Below, piece after piece: positions 1-11,764 of a DNA stretch of 64,000 nt. How positions within the stretch are numbered: the stretch's first letter is position 1; every line of letters starts with the position of its first letter. The DNA is taken from assembly GCA_964188305.1 (NCBI GenBank), contig OZ076885.1, one strand, 5' to 3'. The notes below the pieces were generated by a model. That model made no database searches. It was not told where the DNA came from and saw only the letters and a list, made by a program, of their open reading frames with translations. The DNA is from Podarcis bocagei. Lineage: Eukaryota. The position numbers and the translations under genes are program-made.

Positions 1-3000
1 GCTGGCCAAAGAAAACTGAGGCAAGGGCAAAGAAAGGGGGGATTTCAGTAGGAAGGAAGAAAATGTGGGAAATCCCAGTCACCCTCTTAGTGGTTTAAAG
101 CCATCCAAAAGCCATACACAGCACAATATTATGATTTTAAAACAGGCAGATCGATGTATCAGGCTGGGATTTAAAATTAGCAAAGTAAATGGCTCAGAGC
201 TAAGGAAGGAAAGCATAAAGGAGACAGAAAGATGTTGTGCCGAAAATAATCGCTTTTAGAGGTTGAGTAACATATGGTTATATTGGCTTCCCTTTTTTTC
301 TAAATAGGGAGGTAATGTATTGTATCCCAGGACAGCAGGCTAGAACTCAAGCTCCACATATAATTATGCCACATATACTTGCAACCATTGAACTAATCAT
401 AGCCTTTCTTCCTTTCCCCTTTATTGAAATCCAGCCCTCCCTCTCGTATTATTTTTACCTCTTGTTTCCCCCAAGTTCAGACAGCAATATTATCTGTATC
501 TGCTTTCTTCCAGTATTTCATATAAATGTCAACCACTCTATCTCGGGAACACTTCACTGACACCTAACAATAACGTCATTAACACAGCCTTGGTTGCGAT
601 CCTATGCGTATTGACTAGGAGTGCACCTTTCCATTGCAAGCAGCAGGCCTTTATGCCCAAAATAAAAGGGGAGGAGATACAACAGCATTTAGAGCATAAC
701 TCCTCGTTGGAGCATTAGTTCATCCTCAAAGGCTGCAATACCGAGAGGGCAAGCGCAATCCGTATTTTGGATCTCCACCAAAAGAGGAGCCAACCAGTAG
801 AAGTGCTTGCCCTGGTACATGATAGATTCAACATTTGCACAGGGAAACACGGCATGACTTTATCATGTTAAAATGCTAATCCTGCTCGTTAGCTGGAAAG
901 AGTTTAAGAGAGGCACAAGATGGGCACCTTCACCTGCAATTATCTCCCCAGAAACTGCACAATCAGCGTTTGCTGTGATCTGCAGCCACAGACCGCAGGA
1001 GGATGGGAGAGGGAGACAGAGAGAGAGAGAGCAAGCAAGCTTGAAGCCCCACGAGCCGTCCAGTACAAAACAGCCTTGCAGAAACAACCAGAAACACACC
1101 ATCTCTGTTTACAAACTCAAACGTTTACAAGGCGATGTTTGGAAGCCCCAGCAAATTTTGCACACACGAAAAGGAGAGGGAAAAAAGTGCACTTACTGTA
1201 GACGCCCTTCCATTGTCCCGAACCTGTTGCAATGGGGGGGAAAGAGGAGAAAGAAAATAAACAAAACCATTTCGTATTGTTGTTTTTCCATGTATAGATG
1301 ATACTGATCATAGTTGCGAGGGGGGGGGGAATGCACGCATTGCATCTCTATTTAGATATGAGAATGTTAAGGACACAGGCAGGCATTGCATGTAAAGGTG
1401 ACAAATCAACACACTCCCCCCCTCCCAATTGCTGATTTGCCTCTTTTGTTAAATTCTTTTTGTAATAAAAGCCAGCGAAATTAAATATTTCAGTCAGAGT
1501 TATCATGTAATTGTATACGATCATCCTTACTGCTAGTTTCAACTATGTTTCTATAAAATGTTTTATCTGATAAAGATATAAAGGAGTCTTCCTCCAACTG
1601 AGTTAATCCCAAAGTGACAGAAATCTTACCAGCGTAGTGAATCCCTGAAGAGCCCTGGCCAGTATTTAGTCAGTAACCCGCTTGCTTAAAAATCCATACC
1701 ATTTTCCCAACATGAACTTGTAAACATCATCATTATTATAGTAAATATATTTTACTGTTTACTTAAACAGATTTCCCTTTTTCTGTCTGTGTCTTTCTTC
1801 TCTTATTGTAACAAATAAATTCTACATTACCACCCACGTGGAGAGAGAGAGAGACTGTTTAAACAATGTTTTCAAAGAGAAACAACCAAGGTTGAGCTAT
1901 TTTGAAAAACATCCCCTTCACTTTTGCCTGCGCTATCCCTGAGAAAGGCTGTATAGACACCCAGACCAGCTTAAAGCAGGGAGCAATCATTCCATCGATG
2001 TATCATCTTATCTCTCGTTCCGTTCCTCCCTTCACTCTCCTTCTAGAATAACAGCCAGAACGCAGTGCCCTTGAAATCTCTGCAAATTAAACACTTAATG
2101 AAGGATCTACCGGCTTAAACCGAGGTTGGTTTCTTTCACAAAATTAAAATTAAAACCGTCGACGTGCGATTCACTGACAGCTCTCTTAAAACTTGGAGCA
2201 AATCCGAAGGAAATGCTATTCCTATAATACTTCCGGGCTTCCCTGGATCTGCTCTTTTCATTCATATATACAGTTCCAGGGAACACTCAGACACACGGTC
2301 ACTGGAGAGAGGGACTCGGTCACATATGGAGCGCAAGAAGAGACTTACTGTGAGCTTTGCCAAAGGGAAGAGGAAGGAGGGAGAAGCAGAGGTCCTGGGC
2401 GCTTGGTTTCAGGCAGAGGTCTCCTGCCTAACACTTTCCCTGTCACTGCTCCCAGGAACTAAAGCATCTGCACTTGTATGCTCTTAAACTAATTTATGGT
2501 GGGAATTATATTTTGGCTTGTCAACTCTCAAGCCATAAAACAAAGTTTATTGGAATCACGTGCTTCGAAAGAGCCACTCAGGACTTATCTCGACGGAACA
2601 ATAAATAACCTCTAGCTTTAAACTTTTATTCACTTATATAAAGAGGGCCTGGAAGGAAGGGGGGGTTAAAGAGAAGGGGGGAAAGGGGGTAACCCCGCCA
2701 CACATCCTGCGTTCTATGAAATTTAAAGTAGTCCAAAATAGCGAGGGCCAGGCACTGGAGGCCTTGCGTGGCTGTAGCGTTTAGGCCAGGCTCTTTTTTT
2801 ATTAAAAATAATAATAATGAGTTGTGCCAGGACAGGCCCCAGTGGCAGTTTAGATCTCCCCTTTAAGGAGGAAAGGAACGTGTGAATTTCGCTGTGAGTA
2901 CCGATTCAAAATTTATTTGAATGAATATGTATGTGGAGTGGTGGGAGGGAGGGAGGGAAGGAGGGACGATTTTAAGCAACACCAAAGGCCATCACGTTTG

Positions 3001-5423
3001 TGGGATCCTCCCAGCTAGCCCACGCCCAGCCTCCTCTCTATGGTCAGGCCCCAGGCACTCGGGTTACGCGACCATCCAGACGGCTGCGATGCACACACAA
3101 CTTTGGAGCGAATGGTGCCGTTTTGCAGGATAAATGGTTCTGTTGTCTAGGGTTTGTCAGAGGAAGAACGTGTTTATCTATGTCTGTTTGCTAAGCAGCT
3201 ACGGAAAGTGCTGGGTGTGTGTGTGTGTGTGTGTGGAATTGACCGATAGCAAAACCTCCATGTGCAGGAGCAGCGCAGCAGACGTTGGGTGGGCGCAAAA
3301 GAGAGAGGAAGGCCATCATTTTCAGCTCCTGTTTGGGAGCTTCCAAGAGGGATCTGGCTGGCCACCGTGAGATCCAGAATGGATCTAGCAACACAGTTCA
3401 GCAACTCTTTATCAGGCGGCCTCTTTTGGGCCCCTTCACACTAACCAAACTGTTTCACAGCGCAGGGAGATACACGGGACTTGTAAAAGTGACAAAACAG
3501 CTCAGCCTATTCGTGTCGTCGTCCCCCTCCGCCGCCTCCCGAAAACTTTGATAGCTGAAGCTTTAAGGAGGGGAGTCATAAAGCAATAAAAAGTAGTCTG
3601 GTGTGAAGGAAAGGTAGGAGGGAGCAGAGAGAGGTGGGGGGGGGGGAGAAGGAGCGGGTGAGTAAGTCAAATTGGATTTTAAAGAAACTAAAATTCTGAG
3701 ACACCGGAAGTCAAATGTCCCTGGGAAGGTATAACCTTTTGAATGCAAAGTTGTGTGCGAGAAAGAATCTGTATAGATATATAGATATAAAACTAGGGGT
3801 GGCAGGGATAAATGCTTTTCCAGTTGTGTAGGTCAATGGACAAAAAAAAATTGGTAAACAATACTCCAAAATGAAACAAATAAGATAAAACGGCAAGGCA
3901 AGATAAAGGCAAGTACCTTCTGACATTTAAAATGAGTAGAGCAGAAATGTTTGAATGGAGAAGGCCCCGCCCGCCACTTGGCTCTCCTGCCATGTGAACT
4001 GATCTTATTATTACAGGGAAATGATTTATGAAAATGACTCCAAAGCATGGGTGTGCATGCGTCGCTGTAAGGCTGTAAGGTTCAGCCGAGGAGGAAGGTA
4101 TCCGAAGTCATTTAGGTGAGCAGGACTTTTGTCATATCCTCCAGGGGAGGCCAGGATTCTTAGGAACAAATGCAACTGACGTTCACCTGCTGGAAAGGCT
4201 AGATTCTTTCGAAGGTTCTTCGGACCAGAATAACTTCCCTGCATCTAGTTCAGGCAAAGTGTTTGGAAGTTTACATACTATTTTAAACTAACGTTCTCTC
4301 ACCCCCACCCCTTCGTATATACATTACTTTAAAATGGTAAATCTCCCAATGGGGGTGGGTGGGAATTAAGAGGGATTTTCATGTGTGGAGGAAGGGTGTT
4401 ATTTTACTGCAATGTGTGCAGAGACTCAAAACATAAATTAGGTCTCTCGGTTTAACAGGCTTACCAACCACTTATGTTGAATAAGTAGCCACACTCAAAT
4501 CCTAATTTTACTTTACGTGACACCTTCGGTAATACCGTGGGATGAGTGTTCAGAATTTCGGGCTCTCGTTGTTTTCTAAGATGTTGTGCAAATGGTATAA
4601 ATATTTTTTAGGGGGAAAAAATAAAAAATATCGCTCCAATCCAAGCGAAAGTCTGGTCAGCTTTCCAGAGCTAATGAAGACTCAGATAAGCCAAATGGCA
4701 CAAAATTATAGAAACTTTTTCCAAGGGACGGGGAACACAAAAAGAAAAAACACAAGCAAATATTTATGGGGCACGGATTCGGATCAGTAAGCCTCCACGA
4801 GGCTGCCTTGCAAATCAGGCCCCCTGTTACACTCAAATCCCCAAAATTGGTAATCTAGAATACTTGAACTGTAGACAGTTTAAACACAATCCATATGGAT
4901 CATGTGCATTAACGGACTTTATTGATTGATTAGACTTTAATTTTGATGGAACTTGCCTTCAGAAAAGTGTGCTTAAAGGCTTGCGTCTGCTGTTTAGTTC
5001 AGCTGCTTTAGCTATCAAACTGAATTGAAGCTCCAATGACTTGCATTAGTATCCTAAGTACCTCTCTTGGGGTAGAGTCCTACAACTGGACTTAAGCAGC
5101 CCAACCGTGAGAAGGACTAACATTGTTCTCAGTGTGTCTGGTTTCAATGACACAAGTTTAGAACACAATTTCCATTCAAGTACTTCCTCTTACCTTGGTG
5201 ATTGATTCTGTGTGCACTCCTGAAGATGAGGATTTGTTCTGAGAACATATTATTGACATTAGCACTAAGGTTTCTACTATTGGACATAGATTCTAAATGT
5301 TGGTCCCCTTTCCTGATCTTCATTTGGAGAGTGTGTCCCGACCACTTAACAAAATAGTATTTTGTCCCTTCTGCAAAAAATCCTTCTAGCTGTGATCCAA
5401 GTCCCATGACATCAAAGTTCCAA

Positions 5424-5560
5424 GCCAAGGTGCTCAAGGTGCTGCTCTCCATATATTTTGGGCTACCACTCCCATAAGTCCCAGCCAGCATGGCGAAGGG
5501 TCATAGATGATAGGAGTTCTCATTCATAACACATTGAGGACACCACGTTGGCCACCCCTG
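5424..5560. mobile_element. Highly degraded hAT-like hairpin MITE
   Basis: CTACCACTCCCAT..CCCAGCCAGCATGG..GATGATAGGAGTT..GTTGGCCACCCCTG has the same layout as the 8539 MITE but is decayed. Confidence 0.4.
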
Positions 5561-7772
5561 TTCTAAGTGGACACATGGACATCTGAGGCACTGGATTCCT
5601 GCTTAACTCAATAGGCCAAGTTCTTGCCACAATGCTCAACCTGTGTCTGGCCTGTACTACTTTAGAGTCCCAATCACATGGGGGCTCAAGTGATTGAACA
5701 TGCCTCCATACCCTCCACCCAAAACCTGTGTAGAAACCTTCTCCAAAAAATCTAGTTTGTTTGTTTTTGTCTATTCCAATAATTTTGTTTGTAGGAAGAA
5801 GTATTGTGCCATGTGAATTCCTGCCTGCAGCCTGAAATGCTAGGACCCAAAAGAAAATTTGCTACTTTCTGTGATAAGTAGAACAGAGTCAAACGGTAGA
5901 GTAGAACTGTGATAGGTAGAAGAGTCAAATGATACAGTCTGTGAATACAGAGCCAGTAAGATTCATTATCTAATTAATACACAAGGCTAGCAGCTGGTTT
6001 GCCTCCCGTTTTTGCACAACACAGAGATTGGTCACTCAGTCTAGGTCTCCCATACAATGCACTGCAGAACACCTTAATTTAGGGATAGCCCAAGACATCT
6101 TCCTGCCTGGTGTGCACAGCAGCATTTTGCCAGTTCCCACTCCCCCCATCCCAGTGAAATTACTTAATACCCAAGACCAGCTATGGTCTTTTGGACCTGA
6201 ATCAGGAAACCCCCTTGCAATAACACCCCCGTGCACACACACCCTTGCAATAACAGCAATAATGCAAATAATTTAAATAAGCAATTTGCTGCACCTTCAT
6301 TACATCCAAAACCAGCTGCCTGAGGCTGCTGCATCATTGTCTCCCATGGCAGGCCGGTCCTACCTTCAATGCTAAAATTAGAGGCGCTGGGTTTCAAATC
6401 CCTTTGAAACTCACTCGCTGCCCTAGAATACCTCTTCCTAAACTCATACTTGTACTGGTTAGTTGTTCCTCGGTGATTAAACAAATGTGCTCTGCACATG
6501 TTGAGAGACACTCAGGTCTTCACATTTTCCTGGCTCATCCAAAAAGTTCTGTTTTCCAGCTCTGGAGACTGGCCTCAAATCAAATGCTTTGTGACTATAA
6601 AATAGCATTTAGACGTGTTTCTGTTTTCTCAAAGTTATAGGAAGCACATCACGATGCTAGTAAAAAGTTTTAATCCACAAAAAAAGAAGAAGAAGAAAAG
6701 AAACAGGAAAAAACATACATTTTACATTGAGTGCCACAACTAAGGAAATGACCTGCAATTTTTTAAGTGGTCATCAAAGATAACATAGGCTTCACTGGTG
6801 ACGATATGCACCTAGAAGGGAAATGAGCATAGAAAATCAGATTAGGAACGGAGGGGTCCAGTTCACAGGTGCAAAGCCTTCTTTAACAGGCAGGAAGAAA
6901 TACGGTCAGAAATAGATTCCCCCTTTCTTCTTCTTCTGTACAAACTTTGCACTAAATCAAAATAAACTCGTACTGGACCGTGATCAAAATGCCAGCACAG
7001 ATTACTTGGTTATGTCTCAAAACGAGAAGTGCCTAAGAAGTCGGTTTCAGCTCCTTGGCGCTAGCCCATACAATTTAGGATAAATGCATCCACTGGAAAT
7101 TGGCAAGGGGTTTAATGCCCCGAAACCACAGAAAGGAGGAAATAAGGCAAATGAGCTGTAGGAGGAGATGACGTGGCCTTTCATTAAATGTGGTCAAGGA
7201 TACATCAGCAGAGAGGGAAAACGGGGAGCGTTCTCAGGTGAAAAATTAGAAGTTTGCAAAATGGCTCGGTTCAAAGCGGGTTAGTGCTATGCGGAGCCTT
7301 CAAAAGTCCTGGCCCCAGAGAAGGCGCGGGCAAAGGAGAGAATAACTTCGCTTTTATCCCGATTCTCCTCAAGGAAGCAGAACAGAAGCCCCTCACCCCC
7401 GTATATGAACACAGTAAGATCGAGTCAAACTCAAGCTAATAACTTGCATTTAATGTAAACAGGACTCAAAGTAAGAACTCTTATTCAAGAGATTGATGCA
7501 TTTATTTACCATCCCGAATACATTTCACCTGGTAAACAAGTCCTTTGGTTTTAACTGCCGTCAGAAACCCGAAGTTTTGCACCTCAGAACCTTCTCTTCT
7601 TTTGCGAACGGTGGGTGGCAAACAGAGGTTGTAGCCAACTAAGTCATACTCCGAGTAGAACCACTGAAATCAATGCTCTTAACTGACTTGACTCTAATGA
7701 TGTGGTTTCAACCCGTCTATTCTTGAGTAACGCCGGATATCACCCCAGATCCAAAGTGTGCATTCATAGCAC

Positions 7773-7880
7773 CATAGAATTGTAGAATTGGAAGGGGCCA
7801 CGAGGGTGATCTAGTAAAACAACCTGCAAAGCAGGAATTGTTTTTGCCCAACGTGGTGTTTAAACCCATGACTTTGAGAT
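7773..7880 (-). mobile_element. tRNA-derived SINE / CR1-tail remnant
   Basis: CATAGAATTGTAGAATTGGAAGGG..ATCTAGT..GCAGGAAT tail, followed by GCCCAACGTGG..AACCCATGAC, the reverse complement of a tRNA-like 3' half. Confidence 0.55.
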
Positions 7881-8342
7881 CCTTTGCTGCCTTCTGACGA
7901 ACTTCTACAGCTGCAAAGAGGGATGGTTGAGTGAAAGTCCTACTGAAGCGTCTTTTGCTTTTTTTTGCCCTTTGTAGGACATGATTTCACCTCAGGTAGC
8001 CGTCATTCCTCTGATTTAAATTCTACAATCTGATTTCATCAGCTATACTCATTCGCCTCAGAAATGTGTGCTGCCACCCTAATCTTAGCTAACAAGAAGT
8101 AAACTCAATGGGTTTCAATTCTTAGGATGGTGACCCACGACAGGAATTATATGGGAATAGGTTCATTTGAGGCAGTTGGGTTAGCCTCTGACTGAACGTG
8201 CATGGATGATCTGGCAGGATTCTGTAGCCAGAAGAAGCACACAGTTAACCTTTCTTCATTGGAAAATATTAGGCAGGTTTGGGGCTTCACAGAGCTCTTT
8301 CTCATTCCAATAACTTTTGATAAGAAGGCAGCATAAGAGACA

Positions 8343-8873
8343 GAAGAACATAATGCAAGCCTGTTGGATCAGGTCAATTGGCCCATCTAGTCCGACATCC
8401 TGTTCTCAAGGTGGCCAACCAGATGCATGTGGGAAACCAGCAAACAGGATTAGAGCATGAGAGCACTTTGCCCACCTGCAATTCCAAGCAACTGATATTC
8501 AGAAGAACCCACATACATAAGCCCTGTACAGTATAGGGCAGGCATAGGCAAACTCGGGCCCTCCAGATGTTTGGGACTACAATTCCCATCATCCCTAGCT
8601 AACCGGACCCGTGATCAGGGATGATGGGAATTGTAGTCCCAAACATCTGGAGGGCCCGAGTTTGCCTATGCCTGGTATAGGGAAGCTTTTTAAGGTTTAA
8701 TGCTTTACTATGCTTTTATATATGCTGGAAACCACCCAGAGTGGATGGGGCAAACCAGTCAGATGGGCGGGGTACAAAGAATAAATTATGATGATGATGC
8801 CTCTGACAGTGAAGGCAGTGACCAGTAACCGTTGACAGCCTTCTCCTTCATGAATTTGTCTAAGCCTCTTTTA
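8343..8873 (-). mobile_element. Old CR1-tail retroelement fragment, interrupted at about 8500-8798 by an L2/SINE-like tail, which is itself interrupted by the hAT MITE
   Basis: AAGAACATAA..GCCTGTTGGATCAGG..GGCCCATCTAGTCC is a CR1-type tail in antisense. It resumes at GCCTCTGACAGTG..ATGAATTTGTCTAA after an insert ending GATGGGCGGGGTACAAAGAATAAATT(ATG)n. Family names are from recall. Confidence 0.6.
8539..8674. mobile_element. hAT-type MITE, 136 bp, perfect 58-bp inverted arms, 8-bp TSD GTATAGGG
   Basis: Arms 8539-8596 and 8617-8674 are exact reverse complements with CAGG...CCTG ends. GTATAGGG is duplicated at 8531-8538 and 8675-8682. Confidence 0.92.
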
Positions 8874-8894
8874 ACTTCATAACTTCAAAATGTA

Positions 8895-9149
8895 CAGTGG
8901 TACCTCGGGTTAAGAACTTAATTCGTTCTGGAGGTCTGTTCTTAACCTGAAACTGTTCTTAACCTGAAGCACCACTTTAGCTAATGGGGCCTCCTCCTGC
9001 TGCTGCTGCTGCTGCTGCGCCACCACTGCATGATTTCCATTCTCATCCTGAAGCAAACTTCATCCTGAAGCAAAGTTCTTAACCCGAGGTGATATTTCTG
9101 GGTTAGCGGAGTCTGTAACCTGAAGGGTATGTAACCCGAGGTCCCACTG
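8895..9149. mobile_element. Tc1/mariner (pogo/Tigger-like) non-autonomous MITE, copy 1
   Basis: TA target duplication. TIRs CAGTGGTACCTCGGGTTA / TAACCCGAGGTCCCACTG. Collinear with a second copy at 63145-63342. Confidence 0.88.
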
Positions 9150-9609
9150 TAGTGTGTTTGACCAACAATAATTTGTTTTGATCACCCAGTCACATGGCAA
9201 CGAACCTTGCATTTCTTCAGGATACTGTAGAATCATGTATTGACTGTGGTGGCCATTCATGTTGATCAAGACCACTTTCTGAGGAGAAATGAACTGCATT
9301 GCTCAATTAGACTAAGGCGTTCTGTCTCCAACAGTGACCAGGCTATGAAAACTCATAACCAAGGGATTAAAATTCTGGCATGTCTCATAGGCACCTGGTC
9401 CAATACCTGGTACTCGGAAGTATGCTGTCTGAACACAGAGAGTTTCACATAGCTAGGAAGATAGCTGTGCAATGCCTACCCAACTAAATGAAGAGAGAAA
9501 GCCAACTTAGTGTGAGATGTGACATTTTAAAGATCTAGGGGCTGCAGTCCCATCCATCCTGAAGTAAGCCCCATTGAACTCAGTCTAGCTTACTTCTGAG
9601 TAGACACAG

Positions 9610-9768
9610 GAATGCAGGAAGCTGCTTTATACTGAGTCATTCCAGTGATCCACCTAGCTCAGTATTGTGTACACCGCCTGGGAGTGGCAAGGAACATTCC
9701 TAGCCCTTCTTGGAGATGCCAAGGATCTTCTGCGTGCAAAGCAGATGTTCTGCCATTGAGACATAGCC
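9610..9768 (-). mobile_element. Degraded squamate SINE (Squam3-like)
   Basis: GGAAGCTGCTTTATACTGAGTCA..CTAGCTCAGTATTG..GGAGATGCCA..CTTCTGCGTGCAAAGCAGATGTTCTGCCATTGAG resembles a common lizard tRNA-SINE in antisense (from recall). Confidence 0.55.
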
Positions 9769-10734
9769 TTTCCCTGTGTATAGTATTGTGTTGTATACGT
9801 TTGTGTTATGAAGGCAGGTGCTCTGACTCAGGAAAGAAGAAGATGGCACCATGGATGGAGACCACAAATGTGAAGAGGAGGGCAGTGCATATCTATTGCA
9901 CATGCCAATAGGAGACAGGGAGACAGAGAAACAGAGGGGTGGGGGGAGATGGTTGTGTGGCACAGAAGGTCAATCTAGGCCAAGTACTTGTGTCATGACT
10001 GTGGAAGGTGAACCTTGAAAGAGTCCAGTGAATGAGGTTGGGAGTTGTGGGGGTAGCGAAGGCAGACAGAAAGAAAAAGCTAGACATGCAATTTGCTTTT
10101 ATCACCTACAATTGGGAAGACTACAAGCCAATGGACTGGATGTTTTCAGCTCTGTTAGAAGTAAGAGACCTTTGAGAGGAATGGCTACCATTTTAGGGGC
10201 CATCAGAGATCAAAGGGAAAGCAAAGGAAGCAGGAGAAGAACAACATCAAAGATCAGACAGATGATGGTCCCCTGAAGTAACTAGCTGTGACCACTTGTT
10301 TACTATGGTACAAAAGGCTGTCTATACAGCCCCATAAACAGGGACTGCACTTGAGGGTGAGGAGGCTGGCTGATGGTATTTTAAATGGCACTGGTCTGTG
10401 GGAGACCCGGGGAGTGTAGTGAGATGATTATGGGCCATTTCAACTGTGGTTTTTAATAGGTAGCTGTAATATGTCTTTTGTCTGGTCTAAAGAGGTCTGG
10501 CTGACTGGCTGCACCCACAGGTATGTGCATAAGACTGAAAAGATGGGATGGAATATGAGCACTACTTGTGGGGCAGTGCTGTGCTCCCTTGAATTCATTG
10601 GGATTTACTTTCAACTGAACATAGTTAGGATCAGGCTGTGAAGTGCATGAAGGCCTAGCAGATGAACAAATATGTAGCTCTCCATTGACCTCAATAGCTT
10701 GCCTTGGTAGATCTACCCTTAAGATCTCAACTCT

Positions 10735-10934
10735 GACTGATCCTATCATAGTTACTCAAAAGTAACTTTCATTGGGATCTACTCTCAATGCAGTGTATGT
10801 AGGATTGTAGCCTTCCAGCTCAGTCTTGAAAACTCAGTGAGATTTAGGCTGCAATCCTATCCCCATTTACTTGAGAGTAAGACCCTCTGAGCTGACTATT
10901 ACTCACTTCTGGATAAACATGTGTAAGATTGCCC
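10735..10934. repeat. Short (about 80-90 bp) imperfect hairpin repeats with GGCTGCAATCCTA...TAGGATTGC ends; related copies at about 9539-9618, 23099-23179 and 59241-59370
   Basis: Recurring terminal inverted motif with internal TTACTYRRRAGTAAG..CC.TTG; probably an old DNA-transposon MITE family. Confidence 0.55.
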
Positions 10935-11129
10935 TGTTAATAATACAAATTCCTTGAGTAGAGTGCAGCTGGCTTCCAGTTTCAAATGTTGGGCCAGAAC
11001 TAGCCAATTGAAATTCAACAGAGATTAAAGTAAAGTCCTGTGTTTGTGTACCAAGAATGAAAGACACAAATACTGTATAGGATCAAAGCAGCCTGTTTTG
11101 GCAGCAGTACATAGGGAAAGGATCAATAA

Positions 11130-11764
11130 AGGATCAATAAGTTGATCATAAGCTAAACATAAGCAGTATGATGCAGTTGCTAAAAAAACCCCAAAACACC
11201 TAAATGCAATATTAGGATATTTAAAAAGAAGCATAATGTCCAGATAAAAAAAAGCAATAGTTCCACTATATTCCATGCTGATCAGGCTACAACTGGAGTA
11301 CTGACAAAATTGCGCATGGCCAGAGGAAGGGGACCAGGATGGTGAGTAGCATGGTATCCAAGTCTCATGAGGAACCATAAGAGAAGTTGCCTAGTTTTAG
11401 TCCGGAGAAAAGAGAATTAATGATCACAGCCTTCAAATATCTAAAGGACTGTCATGCAGAACAAGATGGAGCAGGCCTGTCCTCTGTTGGTCCAGAGGGC
11501 CAGACTAGAACTCATGGGTGGAAATGGCAAGGAAGTAGTCTTTATCTAAACATTAAGAGAGAATGGCAAGGGCTGTTCAAGAGTGCAATGGGCTGCCTCC
11601 AGAGGTGGTAGCATCTGGGGTAGCCCCTGCTGGAGGTCTTTAAGTAGAGGGTGGACTGCCATCTGGCAGGGATCCCGTCACTGAATCCTGCACTGCAGAT
11701 ATGGCACTGACCATTAGACTGGACTGGATCACTTCAATATTCCATTCCAACACTATGGTTCTAT
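11130..11764 (+). mobile_element. Degraded CR1 LINE 3' fragment
   Basis: Relic peptide FSPEKRELMITAFKYLKDCHAEQDGAGLSSVGPEGQTRTHGWK resembles the CR1 ORF2 C-terminus. Ends in a CR1-like tail (TTCCAACACTATGGTTCTAT). Frameshifted. Confidence 0.8.
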
